This document shows positions 12,603-26,269 of a stretch of 64,000 nucleotides of DNA, piece after piece. The stretch is from Octopus sinensis (lineage: Eukaryota), in the NCBI RefSeq assembly GCF_006345805.1, contig NC_043008.1, forward strand, positions 68,138,001 to 68,202,000, written 5' to 3'. Numbering within the stretch: the first letter of the stretch is position 1; each line of letters begins with the position of its first letter. Under the pieces are notes generated by a model that ran no database searches, was not told where the DNA came from, and saw only the letters and a program-made list of their open reading frames with translations. The translations under genes and the position numbers were made by a program.

Positions 12603-12925
12603 ATCATCATCGTTTAACATCTGCTTTCCATGCTAGCATGGGTTGGACGGTTCAACTGGGGTCTGGGAAGCCAGAAAGCTGCACCAGGCCCAGTCTGATC
12701 TGGCAATGTTTCTACAGCTGGATGCCCTTCCTAACGCCACTCTGTGAGTGTAGTGGGTGCTTTTTACGTGCCACCGGTACAGGTGCCAGACGAGGCTGGC
12801 AAACGGCCACGATCAGATGGTGCTTATTACGTTCCACCGGCATGGAGGCCAGACGAGGCTGGCAATGGCCACGATCAGATGGTGCTTTTTACGTGCCACC
12901 GGCACGGAGGCCAGTCAGGGCGATG
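12603..12925 (-). mobile_element. (GAT)n-tailed retroposon family III with internal ~63-bp tandem repeats
   Basis: Same family recurs at ~20115, ~25900, ~41440, ~43900, 46388, ~48240, ~48440, ~61960 and ~63595. Confidence 0.7.
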
Positions 12926-15507
12926 CATTGTTTTTCATTTTCGAAATATTAAGGATGAAAATACGTAATTACAAATACAATATATATTTCTACTCTTCAA
13001 ATGTAAATGAAACATATACACAAAAAAAAATATGACTGAAAATACCACTAACTTATTCCTGACTTCGAAAGAATCATTTTAATTTGTGCTGTATTTTAGC
13101 CATTTAGTGGTTTGTCATTGAAAGGATCTAAGGTATATTAGCTGCATTGTTTTGATGGACACAATTTTTTATAAGACTACATTATCCAATGTATCCTTCC
13201 TTTTATTAGATGATAAGGGATGATTCAGCTGCTATTTCTAACAACCATCTAAAAGATCCTTCACAGAAAGGGAGATAAATACCATTAATTAACTCGGGCT
13301 TTATTTTTGCTACATTTGTTAACATCTCATTCACCAATTCCTCTCCTGGGCCTTCCATTTCATTTCAGTCAGAGCCTAACATGGAAAAAAATTAATTAAT
13401 ATTAAGAAGGCACTGTAATGAAATGTATCTTTTTCACTAGGAAAGGGCCTGAATAACTCCTAATCATGTGTGTATATATATACTCATTTGTTGCCCTAAG
13501 CTTCATGTATAATCCTCTAGATAATCCAACATCTTTCTGTCCTCCATTCATCAGATCTCTTTTGCTTCCCTCACCTATTACCCTTAGGAAAGGCATGAAT
13601 CTCTCATCTTTTACTTGTTTTAGTCCTTGAGCTGTGGCCATGCTGGGCCACTGTCTTCAAGGGTTTAGTCTTTTGCTGAACTGCTAAATGACTGTAAACA
13701 AACCCACACAGATTTTCAAACAGAGTGGACAAACACAAATGTGTGCATGCACACGCGTACACACACATGTACACTATTTCAAGTAATAATGTTGTAGCAT
13801 GCATTTAAGAGCTTTTATATTGTTATTTGGCTACTGCGTTATTCCAAAACAAGATGTTTTCCAGGGCTTGATTACATTCCACCCGATGAAACACCCACAT
13901 ACAGTTGTTGCTGAAAAATATTCACTTATATAGAAATAATATGATGGTGTATGAATGTAAACTCAGCAACTTCAAGCTAGTATCTTCCATCCTCATGTTA
14001 TATTATTTGTGTGTGTGTGTGTGTGTACATCTTGAGCTTTCAAATAGTTTCTGTCTACCATATTCATTTACGTGGTGCCTTTTGGGAGAGGAGAGAAGAA
14101 ATGGGTAATTGTGGGCTGACAGAAAGACAGAGACTGCAAGAGAGAGAAGAAGTACCATATATAGAAAAAAACAGTAGGACAAATTGAAAAAAAGGAATAG
14201 GTAGAAAGTTAGAGCTAAACAGATATGAAGAAAGAATGGATACAGAATGAAACAATAATAGAAAGATAAAAAAAAGGGACAAGCATGGAAAGAGCTTGTG
14301 AACAGGGGTAAAAATAGAAACAAATATTAAGTGAAAATGGCTGACAGACAAAGAAATAGAAAGGTAAGCAAAAAAAATTAAGAAGGGACAGACAGAGAGG
14401 TAGAAATGTAAATAAATAGAATGATAGATAGAATGGCAGGAGATATAGAGAAAAAGATAGAGATAGTTAAGTGAAAAGGGTTGATGGGAAAAAGCAACAG
14501 AAAGGTAAGTGTAAAGAAAAAGAAGATAGATAGATAGATCTAGAAGCCACTGGTAATGGCAGGTGGAGGGGGGGGGGGGTAATGGTTTGTCAGGATCCAC
14601 TGAGCCTGAGGACTACTAGGCAGGTAGAGTGAAGGTCAATAAATTTGTATCAGATGAAATGTAGGGGTGTGTAGATGATGACTGGAGATTGAGAAGGGTA
14701 TGGAATGCATGTAATGAATGGTGGAGGAGTAATCAATGATACATCAGTTGGGAAGGTTAAGGGGGAGTAGGTGCTGATTGGCAGTACAATAGGGTGAAGA
14801 GCAGCAAGAGAATAATAATAATAATACAGTAGGCAGGAGAATGATGGGAGAAATGACATGTGTAGGTAGGTTGCAAGAGTATGAGTTGAGAGAAAGACAT
14901 AATGCATAAAGAGAACAAGAAATGTTTGGTGATATGGGCTTACTTTCTTGGACAAGTTACTTTTGGAATACACTCTGGTTCCTCATCCTTTTCCCTAAGA
15001 TTTTTATTTCTCTCTTACACATCACTCCTTCTGCCTTACCCATGTATAATTTAAGGCTCCACTGAATCTTGATCTTCTCAATCCACCCCACCATCCTTTT
15101 CATTCTCTGACTCGCTTCCTCCTATTACTCCTTTCTCTAATACTATATCTCTTAGTCTCTCCACAACTACCCTTGCCCTATCATACTTTAATCTCTTACC
15201 CTTTCTCCTGTTTTCCCTGTCAGTCTTGAGGAGAGTTACTAGGCAACCTTACAAGTGCCCAATACCATGATAAATACATCCAGTGTAATATGTAAGGCAC
15301 TTGGTAAACCAATCCAACAACTTTAAGAAGACCTTTTAATATTTCCCTCTACAAAATTAAACAGTCTTTTCAATCTTACATTCACCAGCCCTTCCCAGAA
15401 CAATTTTTCAAACTGTTTCTCATATTGAACTAAAATAAATATGAAGTTTTTATTTTTTATTTTTTTATATTTAAAACTGATGTGTTGAAATTTTGTCTCA
15501 TTTGCAG

Positions 15508-15895
15508 TACTGTCGAAGATGTTTGCTTGCTCGACTCTACAGAATTCAACCAAGAAGACTCTGCTCTCCTACAAGATGACAAGGTGTTTGAGGACACGGG
15601 CAGTGAATTACCACTGCTTCTCCCGTCTGAAACAACAAACGCAGAAGATGAGCAAAACAATACCACAGATACATACGTGAAATTTAACTTAGGAGAAGAA
15701 GCTGGGCAAGGAGATGGAGTTGGAGGAGGAGGAGAAGGCCAAGGTGAAAATGACTTGACAGCGAATTGCAACTTTGTTCCCACCACAAAATGCAGTTCTC
15801 AGTATGCCACAGTTGACTCGACTGATAGCGTTCGGTTTGCAGAACACACAACAGTATTTACAGTTCCACGCGTGAAATCACGACCAAAGAAAAGT
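15508..15895 (+). CDS. Internal coding exon, most likely the cytosolic N-terminal tail of the MYORG-like gene
   Basis: Acceptor ttttgtctcatttgcag|T and consensus donor AGT|GTAAGT bound 388 nt of open, acidic, non-repetitive frame. The phase-0 donor matches the phase-0 acceptor at 34146 (RPKKS|TPSKENSK...TM). There is no in-frame ATG, so a further upstream exon is required. Confidence 0.7.
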
Positions 15896-15912
15896 GTAAG
15901 TTGTTTCTTAGC

Positions 15913-15955
<43 letters not shown>

Positions 15956-17055
15956 TTCACTCTCTCTGTCTCTGCTGCTCTCTCTCTTTTGATATATATA
16001 TATATACTTAAAGATTGTTTTATGTTTGTTACATTGAATGACTTTTATAAAATATTACAGGTTTCAATGTGTATGTCTGTCTTATACTAGCTTAAAAGCT
16101 GCAATCCATGCAGCTTCTGCAGTGGGCTAATTGGGCCTGTGGCCCAAAAGTAATGAGAGCTAAATAGCATGATTATAATACGTCTATAATGACTATATGC
16201 CCCAGTGATGTTTGACCAGGAGTTAAGGATGGATGAGATTTAATTCTGTAATGTAACCACTAGTTGAATTCCAACTGTTGGAACTGTTCCCAAAGTCGTT
16301 ATCTCTACATAAAATTAATGAAGCGAATGTCATTTATCTCCCTCTTGAGCTGTAGTGTCATCTGACAAATTCCAACCAAGATGGCATGAATCAGCCAAGC
16401 TTTACTTGCTAGAAATAGCAACCCAAATGCAAAATTAGATCCCAATGTTGGATGTTCAAGGACCAATTGAAAGGCAGATTTTCAATCCCTAGATCATCCT
16501 GATTCCAAAAAGGCATAATATGTCTGTGTAGATGCAGGGGTCCCAGATGGACAGGCAGAATTTCGCCTTTATTAATATAGATTAAGAAATGAAAGTCAAA
16601 AATTAGGGAATAAGAAAGAATTGGAAATCAAAAACAGTTTGTTCTCATGTTTTGTGAGAACAAACTGTTACCTTAATTTTTGACTTTCAGTTCTTAATAT
16701 TTGATATGGTAGACATAGACATTGAAACTGGTAATGTTTTATAAAAGTCACACAATGTAACAAATATAAAACAATATTCAAACATACGTTCGTGCCAATT
16801 CTACCTTTATTTTTTAACTACAACATTTGATTTGTATGGATTCTTAACCCCTTTTCAATTACATATAGATGTGGTGACTGGCTTTAAATATATATATATA
16901 TCATCATCATTGTCATATACATGTGCCTATATGCATATGCTCACTCACCCACATATATTTGCAACCATACACATTTACATGTACATGTAATCATGTAATA
17001 TATACATACCCACAAACATGCACGCATCCATGGGGAGACAAACACAGACACACAA

Positions 17056-17120
<65 letters not shown>

Positions 17121-17289
17121 AAATATCACGTGATCACGTGACCGACCAGACCATCAGATGGTGTTACACATCGCTGGTCACAATGCGTTCGCATTGTTTT
17201 AGCCTTCAAATGACGCCACCCTGCTGGCTAAGCAAGCAGGCTAATATATATATATATATATATAGATATATATACATATACATGTACCT

Positions 17290-18185
17290 CATGTCGGGCT
17301 GTTGGTTCATCTGGTATTGTGGAGAGGAGGATGTCGAGTTCCTTTTTGAAGACATCTATTTCCACCTTATGCAGATTTCTTAATTTTTGCAGTAGGGCAT
17401 TGAAGAGCTGTGGGCCTTTGAACCCTTGACTATTGCAACATCTGGTACTGAATTTAGATGGAGTGGATGGTACTTTTGGTACAATAAAATGACGGCCAGT
17501 TCTGGCATTTGTATAACACTCAATGTCAAAGTAAAGTACTAGCCCTTCTACGATTTTCCATATGTATATTATTGCATATTTCTCACGCCTTCATTCCAGA
17601 GAGTAAAGTTGCAGTTTTCTCAGCCTATCCCTGTAGCTCATCCACTGTAATGTTTCAACCTTTTTAGTGTAGTGGCATTGGACTGCTTCAAGCTCTGCTG
17701 TTAGTTTGGCCCTATGTGGTGACCACAACTGGGAGCAGCAGTCCAAGTGACTGAGAACAAAGGTTCTCCACAGGGTCAACATAGTTTCTTGGTCTCTTAT
17801 CTTGAAGGGCCTCAGTATCCACCCTGCTAGTTGTCTGCTCTTTGCTGCCATCTTGGTAATGTGCATATGAAATGATGCCTCATTGCACATACTGATCCCC
17901 AAGTCTTTCACTGCTTGTGGATCTGGGAGTGTAGTGCCTTCAGGTCCTATAAATGTAGATTGTACTGTATTTGTGAGTTGATAGTGCAGTGCTTGAAATT
18001 TTCCAGCATTAAACCGCATATTGTTTATTTTGGCCCACTTGTATATTGAATTTAGGTCCCGCTGTAAGCTTGTGACACCATCTTGGTTTTTTATCGCTTG
18101 TGATATAATTTTGTATCATCGGCATAGCTAGTGACAGTGGCTGTCTGAGTGACTGTGGGCATGTCTAAGTATTATGAACAGTAAT
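17290..18185 (-). mobile_element. 5'-truncated CR1/L2-superfamily LINE fragment
   Basis: SYADDTKLY near 18110; ORF 17591-18019 has FNAGKF, KDLGI, LDCCSQLWSP, LRKLQLYSLE. Confidence 0.85.
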
Positions 18186-18194
18186 GGCCTCAGA

Positions 18195-18248
18195 ACAGTT
18201 ATATATTTATATTATATGTGTATGTGTGTGTGTATGTATATGCATATA

Positions 18249-18327
<79 letters not shown>

Positions 18328-18339
18328 TGTGTGTATATA

Positions 18340-18396
<57 letters not shown>

Positions 18397-18410
18397 ATAT
18401 ATGTATGTAC
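18195..18410. repeat. Long (TA)n microsatellite
   Basis: Directly visible. Confidence 0.95.
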
Positions 18411-18810
18411 AGGCGCAGGAGTGGCTGTGTGGTAAGTAGCTTGCTAACCAACTACATGGTTCTGGGTTCAGTCCCCCTGCGTGGCATCTTGGGCAAGTAT
18501 CTTCTGCTATAGCCCCGGGCTGACCAATGCCTTGTGAGTGGATTTGGTAGACGGAAACTGAAAGAAACCCGTCGTATATATGTATATATATGTATGTGTG
18601 TTTGTGTGTCTGTGTTTGTCCCCCTAGCATTGCTTGACAACCGATGCTGGTGTGTTTACGTCCCCGTCACTTAGCGGTTCGGCAAAAGAGACCGATAGAA
18701 TAAGTACTGGGCTTACAAAGAATAAGTCCCGGGGTCGATTTGCTTGACTAAAGGCGGTGCTCCAGCATGGCCGCAGTCGAATGACTGAAACAAGTAAAAG
18801 AGTAAAGAGT
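18411..18810 (+). mobile_element. SINE family I (aggcgcaggagtggctgtgtggtaag...), full length
   Basis: tRNA-like head, internal TA/TG tract, conserved 3' half; many copies in the window. Confidence 0.85.
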
Positions 18811-19601
18811 ATGTGTATATATATATATAGCTGGCCTGGGGCTATAACAGTAGACGCTTGTCCAAGGTACCACACAGTGGAACTGAACCAAGAACCACTT
18901 GGCTGTAAATTGAATTTCTTAACTACACAACCATTCATGCGATCACAATATATTATTATCTATCTTTGATGGTCATACTTGTTAAATGAGAGGACAGCCA
19001 TTGTATTTGTATTTTGATGAACTCTATGTTGTTACAGATATTGTATTATGTCAATGGAGAGGACATTTAATACTCAGTCATAGATTTCGCGCCTTTCTGT
19101 AAATAGGTTCTTACACATCCGGGTATAATTCACTACTATAAACTGTAGCAGTGGTGTTGTAGAATTCACATAATCCTGTGTTTAATTTTCCACATGTGTA
19201 AAGAAATATCTTTTTTCAGGAGAAAGAACATTCAGTATGTGTTTGGTGAACAAAGCCTCACCATTCACTACCTCTAACACTCCCCACACAGACACTTTTA
19301 CAGAAGCCTTTCTGACATATGATATTATATATAGGTCAGGTATGGTGCCAGGTGTTTAGTGGATGGAAATTGGATGTCTGTGCATGTGTTTGTCATTGTG
19401 TGTGCATGTGTGTGTGTCTATGTGTAAGGAGTGATGCCTGGTACCTCAAGACAGAGCATGCAGTTTTTTAATATTAAAGTTATATAATTGATGTAAAACA
19501 CATCTGTTATGCAACTAATATAAGTTTTATATTAAAATTTGATTGTTATTAATTCCACTGATAAGTATGTATGAATGAGTATAGATATGTATGTGTATGT
19601 A

Positions 19602-19667
<66 letters not shown>

Positions 19668-19669
<2 letters not shown>

Positions 19670-20053
19670 GCGCAGGAGTGGCTGTATGGTAAGTAGCTTG
19701 TTTACCAACCACATGGTTCTGGGTTCAGTCCCACTGCGTGGCACCTTGGGCAAGTGTCTTCTACTATAGCCTCGGGCCAACCAAAGCCTTGTGAGTGGAT
19801 TTGGTAGACGGAAACTGAAAGAAGCCTGTCATATATATGTATATATATATGTGTGTGTGTCTGTGTTTGTCCCCCTAGCATTGCTTGACAACCAATGCTG
19901 GTGTGTTTATGTCCCTGTTACTTAGCGGTTCGGCAAAAGAGACCGATAGAATAAGTACTGGGCTTACAAAAGAATAAGTCCCGGGGTCGAGTTGCTCGAT
20001 TAAAGGTGGTGCTCTAGCATGGCCACAGTCAAATGACTGAAACAAGTAAAAGA

Positions 20054-20055
<2 letters not shown>
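19668..20055 (+). mobile_element. SINE family I copy
   Basis: Colinear with 18411-18810. Confidence 0.85.
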
Positions 20056-20095
<40 letters not shown>

Positions 20096-21268
20096 TCACA
20101 CACACATTATTATCATCATCATTTAATGTCCTTTCTCCCATGCTGGCATGAGTTGGATGGTTTGACAAGAGGAGACTTGCCAGAGGATTCTGCCAGGTTC
20201 TGTCTATTTTGGCATGGTTTCTCGAGGTGGATACCCTTCCAATGCCAGCCACTCACCAGAGTGTACTGGCTACATTTTATATCACTGGGGAAGTTTGCAG
20301 GTACCCCCAATATAAGACTCCTCAACTGAGTGGGGCATAGACTAGAGTTAAAAGAAACTGTTGGTGATGATGATAATGATATTAGTGAAAGCATATGGCC
20401 TAGAGGTTAGGGTGTTGCACTCATGATCACTAGCTCATGGTTTCAGTTTCCAGATTGGGCAGTGCATTGTGTTCTTGAGCAGAACACTTCATTTCATGTT
20501 GCTCTGCAATCATTTCAAAACCTGATGTGTAGCACACTTATTCATCCGTACAGGCAATGTTGATCTGATGTGGAAAAGAGCAGAACAAGTTTCTTGCAGC
20601 ATGTATTACAGTTGTGCCAGATCTGTTGTGTTTGCTGGAAGTTTTGATGGGAATTTCCCACCAAAATTCCCTGTGATGAAACTTGTGAAAGTATTCAAAG
20701 ACAGAAGTATTTTGTCTTTCCTGTGTGTGGTGTTGTATACTGTTTTAGTAAGAATGTTATGCTGTATAAGAAGATAATACTGTGACCATCACATTTGTGG
20801 GAAGCCACTGATCACTTTTTAGTTGATGTTTGAAATTTAGGGATTTATTTAATGGCTTGGTCTTAAACACCAGACTCATTTATTCAATGGCTGTTTTGTA
20901 ACTTGGTGTGTAAGAAAGTGCCCACAGCCTCTTTCATTTAATGGCAGTTTAATAGCTTGGCATTTAAGGGTTCGTAGCCTATTTTGTTCAATGGTTATTT
21001 AGTAGCAGGGCTGGCACTAGGTGTGGGGCCTGATCAGCTTTCTACTCCACAAAAGCTGAAGATTGATGTTATATGCTTCATATAGTATACCAATCCCAGC
21101 CAAGAAAGCATTGAGGGCTCAAGGCTCCACCATTAGCCGCAATGATATACTATAAATTCATCATAGCATCCTTTACTCGAGTGTGTGCACAGGACCCGAT
21201 TTGAACAAATCTGTCTATTATGCTTAAAACCAGCCCTGTTTATCAATATTTTGTTAAGAAGTGTTCAC

Positions 21269-21655
21269 AGGCGTAGGAGTGGCTGTGTGGTAAGTAGCTT
21301 GCTTACCAACCACATGGTTCCGGGTTCAGTCCCACTGTGTGGCACCTTGGGCCAACTAAAGTCTTGTGAATGGATTTGGTAGACGGAAACGAAGCCCATC
21401 GTATATATGTATGTATATATATATATGTGTATGTGTGTGTGTATATGTTTGTGTGTCTGTGTTTGTCCCCCCAACATCGCTTGACAGCTGATGCTGATGC
21501 GTTTACGTCCCCATAACTTAGCGGTTCAGCAAGAAACCGATAGAATAAGTACTAAGCTTACTAAGAATAAGTCCTGGGGTCGATTTGCTCGACTAAAAGC
21601 GGTGCTCCAGCATGGCCACGGTCAAATGACTGAAACAAGTAAAGAGATAAAGAGT
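21269..21655 (+). mobile_element. SINE family I copy
   Basis: Colinear with 18411-18810, small internal deletion. Confidence 0.85.
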
Positions 21656-22552
21656 ATCTCTCTCTCTCTATTTTTTAAAGCTTTGTATACTACTTTTTGA
21701 CCACTGCATCTTTGTTCATAGCACCTTTATATGATTACATTTTTTACGGTAACAAGGTATTTGTATCACTACTTGTATGTCATGGACAAAATACAAAAAA
21801 AAACATTGATATATAAAGTTTTGATTTCTCAGTTTTCCAGCATTCAGGTATCAAGTGTCACCATTTCTTTTCACTAAATTCAATTTTTATAGCAAATGAA
21901 AATACTTTTAAACTTGGCTGTTTTTCAACATTATAGATACACGTTCAGAATAGATTTTTCAATCACTAACATTGTAGGTAGCATTGGTGTGCATGTGTGT
22001 GTGTAGTATTATGACTCAGTTAAGTCTTTGGTGGTGTCAAAGTTGTGGCTGTCCTGTTTTGTACTGGTGCTGTGATAAAATGGACCTAATACACTATGTT
22101 TATTATGTGTTGGGGCTAAGAGGACCTCTTACTTGTCAGAGATGTGAACAACCTCTCTGGTATGGTGTTATGATAAAATGTACCCAATGCACTCTGTAGA
22201 ACCTCCGGGTGTTAGGGAAAACATCTAGCTGTAGAAACTGCCAAGAATAAAGTGAAACTTACAAACTTGATCCTAATTCTGTGATTCACTTAGAGAGCAG
22301 CTATGACCCATCAACCTATGCCAGTATGGAAGATAGATGTAAATTGGTGGTGATGACAGCAGTAGTGGCTGCTTGTGCTGTTGCTGCTGCTGTTGTTGTT
22401 GTTGTTCATGTCAAATTTTACTAAAGTCATTGTGTTGCTTACTCTACTTTACCTGACTGAACAAAAACCATGCTCTATTTCCCTGTTTCACAGTTGAGTG
22501 GTTAGTGGTATGAAGGAGCATCCATCCAGCTGTGAAAAAGAAATAATTGTTA

Positions 22553-23859
22553 TGAGAGGCGTTCAATAAGTAATGCCCCTGACCCACTTCCCATAGCAGT
22601 AGAGCAACGAAACTTGGCATAGTTATTAGTCTTTTTCTACATAGGAACCACCCAGAGTTACGCATTTCTCCCATTGTTTGATGCAGCTCTGGAGACCGTT
22701 TTTGTAGAAGACCCCAGCTTGGTCCTCCAACCTGAACGTGACTTCAGAAATCAAGGCTGCATCATCTGGGAAACGCTTTCCTTTCAAAAACAACTTCATG
22801 ACTGGGAAGAGGTGAAAATCAGAGGGTGCAAGGTCAGGAAAGTAGGGGGATGGGGGAGGAGTTCATAGCCATACGCCTGTGCTTCTGATCTGGCGACAAG
22901 TGAGTTGTGGACCGGAGCGTTGTCCTGCAGGAGGAGGATGCCTTTGCTGATCTTGCCCCGCCTCTTGATTTTGATAACTTCTCTTAATTTCCTCAAAAGT
23001 GAAGCATAATAGGCTCCTGCAATTGTGGTACCCTTTGCCAGGAAATCTGTCATCACTACTCCGTCCTGGTCCCAGAATACTGTGAGTATGACCTTGCCAG
23101 TGGAGGGCTGCACCCTTGCCTTCTTTGGAGGGGGTGAGTCACGGTGCTTCCACTGCATTGACTGGGCTTTGGTCTCTGGATCATCGTGATGGACCCAGGT
23201 TTCATCCTGTGTAATCAGTCTTTTGAAAAATTTTGACTCATCTTCTTGGCACATCTCCAAATTCACCCTCGAGCACTCGACGCGTTCTTGCTTCTGGAAA
23301 GGCGTGAGCAACCTGGGAATCCATCTGGCAGACACCTTTTGCATATGCAAATGGTCATGAATGATAGTTTCCACAGACCTGGTACTAATCTTGACCTCAT
23401 GGGCTATTTGGCGAATAATTATGCGTTGATCTTCCAAAATGGCAGCCTCAACTTGACGGACAGATGCCTCATCAATGGCAGAAGGGGCGACCAGATCTGG
23501 GAGCTGTTTCCACAGAGTTCCGACCATGTTTGAATTCACGATGCCAGCGTTTTACAAGGTCATATGATGGGGCATCATCACCATAAGTTACTTTCATTTC
23601 ATCAAAAGTCTCCCGTGGTGTGCGTCCTTTCAAATACAAAAACCGGATCACTGCTCGACACTCAACAGGCTCCATTTCACACTTGACTCGGTTCAAACAC
23701 CTGTAAATCAGAAACCACAATTAATTCAGAGCTGTAATTTGCCACTTACTCTATAGAGATATAAATGATTGCACATGCAATCAGCTAGATCAAACATGCA
23801 ATCAGCTAGATCAAACAACTGCAAGTGGGTCAGAGGTATTACTTATTGAACGTCCCTCG
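22553..23859 (-). mobile_element. Full-length mariner (D,D34D) with frameshifted transposase
   Basis: About 33-bp TIRs, TA on both sides, 1307 bp. MEPVECRAVIRFLYLKG start, QDETWVH, QDNAPVH and DLAPSDFHLF motifs; frameshifts near 23485 and 22850. Confidence 0.92.
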
Positions 23860-23868
23860 TACAACAAA

Positions 23869-24809
23869 GGGATCTGTTCAATTTGGTGTACAGATTTTTA
23901 AATTAATTTTTTTTTAACCAAACAGTAAGAAGCTTCATATATTGGTGGAATTTCTCACCCAGAACATGGTTTATTTTGAACATTTTTGACAAAATTTCGT
24001 ATTTTAGAAGTTATTTTGTGTTAAAGCTGTTATATTTGGGTAATTTTAGCCAATCAACAACGTATATTCAGTTGAAGAAAGCTACTGCTGTTTGTGATGG
24101 TAATCAAAGAGGAACAACTTCCAGGTCATCTCTACTAAATGTCACTACTCTGTTCTATTCATATGTTGAACAAAGACAATGCCACCTTTATCCTTTCTTC
24201 CTTTCTAGTTCGCACCCTGCATTCCTTACTCTTTCTCTCCCTACTGATGTGTCTGGAAGAAAACAAAGCATATTTGTTTCATTTTACCTTCATGTTTTGA
24301 TAATGTTATTTTTAATCTAATAAAGACTTTTATATTGAAGAAATGTGTTTAACAATAACAATACATCTCATAGTTGTAAAATAAAGCATTTTGAAACTAC
24401 ATACACATCAGCAACATAAAAACCTAGCTGTGGACCTGTAGCTCTATATGGTCACTGGTTACTCCGACACGAGAACCAAGAAAAATAAAAAGCTTGTAAT
24501 ATGCAACACAGACAGTAAACAAAAAATAAAATAGAACTGAGTGGTGACATTTAGTAGAGATGACCCGGAAGTTGTTCTTCGATTACTATCGCAAACAGCA
24601 GTAGCTTTCTTCAACTGAATACATGTCATTGATTACCCAAATATGACAACTTTAACATGAAATAACTTCTAAAATACGAAATTTTGTCAAAAATGTTCAA
24701 AGCAAACTGTGTTCTGGGTGAGAAATTCCACCAGTATACGAAGTTTCAAACTGTTTGGTTAAAAAAAAAATTAATTAAAAAAATTTGTAAGCCAAATTGA
24801 ACAGATCCC
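23869..24809. mobile_element. Non-autonomous DNA element with about 290-bp TIRs
   Basis: GGGATCTGTTCAATTTGG... / ...CCAAATTGAACAGATCCC; arms ~23869-24160 and ~24531-24809; AAA on both sides. Confidence 0.8.
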
Positions 24810-26269
24810 AAATAAGTAACTCCCTTGATGTAATCAAAGGGGGAAAAAATTTAGGTAAACAATAATGAAAACAAAAAATATATATTTTCATCATACCTGT
24901 ATGTAGAAATAAATCTTGTTTAGCCTAGGGTGGTCATGGTTGAGCAGACCTATGATCAGCATAATGGTATGTAAAAGTATATATTGTTTAACCTCAGATC
25001 AGCCCTGCTTGCTCTGAGCTATGATCAGCATGTTGTTTATCCCCAGGCTGGCCCTAGTTACACAGACCTTTGACCAAAGACATTTTGGTTGTGATCATTC
25101 CTGTTTTCTTTAAACAATCAAAGACTGTATAATCCAGTGTGTTGGCATGGTGTGATTTAAGGGAGATTGGCTGCTATTTCTAGCAGGTTGATCTATTCCA
25201 TAAATATTCCTTCTTAGACTTGTAGAATTAGTTGGAAATGCTGATAGAGAAACAACAATCTGCTGGTGTAAAAGCAGCCATTATTTCCTTAACTTGTTCC
25301 AGTTTATCATGCTCTTATATCCAAGATTCAGCCCACTTAAACCTACTACCTTTTAGTTCTGCTTCTGTCTAATTTCCTTGTTTCTATAGTTTCCTGTTCT
25401 CTACCAGGAACTGTTGTACCAAACTGACTTCTCTTCTAGAATCTATGTCAAATGATTTCCGCTTGAATCTTTTTGCTAGATAGGAGGATGACAATTGGCT
25501 GGTAACAAGAATTTGGATTCTAGCTGTAAACAGATTCATTATTAGCACTATCAATGTCTTGACTATTGCCACTATCATCATCATCACCATCGTCATCATA
25601 ATACAGTAGATGACTATTTGTTTTAGTCCCCATGTTATCTCATCTGGAAGGTGCTGACATTTTGAGATCTAACCCTACCACATCTGTAACATGTCTTTCT
25701 TGATCTTGCCCAGATGCTACTACATGCTAGACTGTTTTCAGAAAAGAGCCATCTGATTGATTAGCAGAAAGTGGTTCCGAGATAGAATATTCTTTAACAC
25801 GTTCTCCTGTTAATTGAATTAAGGAAGTTATTTTAAGAAAATTCTTATTCTCTCTTCTCCATTATCTCTTATTCTTTCTCTCTCGTGGTGTTTATGGTAA
25901 CAAGTCTTGGCTCCAGTTGTCTTTTTGGGCAGAAGCCATACCAAAACAAACAGTTGATGCCTGGATAACTCTTTGGCTGACCAGCTCCTGTCAAACCAAC
26001 CAACCCATGCTAGCTTAGAAAAATGGTCATAAAATAAATGAACAAATGTATTGTGTATGTGTGTAAGTGTTTGCCCATTACACTCTGTAAAGTGTTTAAT
26101 ACTGGGAAGGGCTTTTTGTTTCAGAGATCTTATCAAAAATGGAATGTTTGAGTGACACTTAGTTCCCAACCTGTCTAGGAGGACAGTAACTTTTGAATAA
26201 GAACTGTCGTGAACCATGATGATCCATCTAATTGATGCTGATGTGGAAAGCAAACATAAAAACTACACT

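Noticed and set aside
12755-12920. CRISPR-like spaced repeats
   Set aside because: Contiguous tandem units without unique spacers, inside a eukaryotic retroposon; no cas genes.
15482-16090. 202-aa ORF as a stand-alone gene
   Set aside because: Only 15508-15895 is bounded by splice sites; the rest is acceptor tract and (CT)n intron sequence.
19220-19339. 120-nt candidate cassette exon with AG/GT ends
   Set aside because: Open only in phase 1, whereas the flanking junction is phase 0, where it has a stop; no other support.
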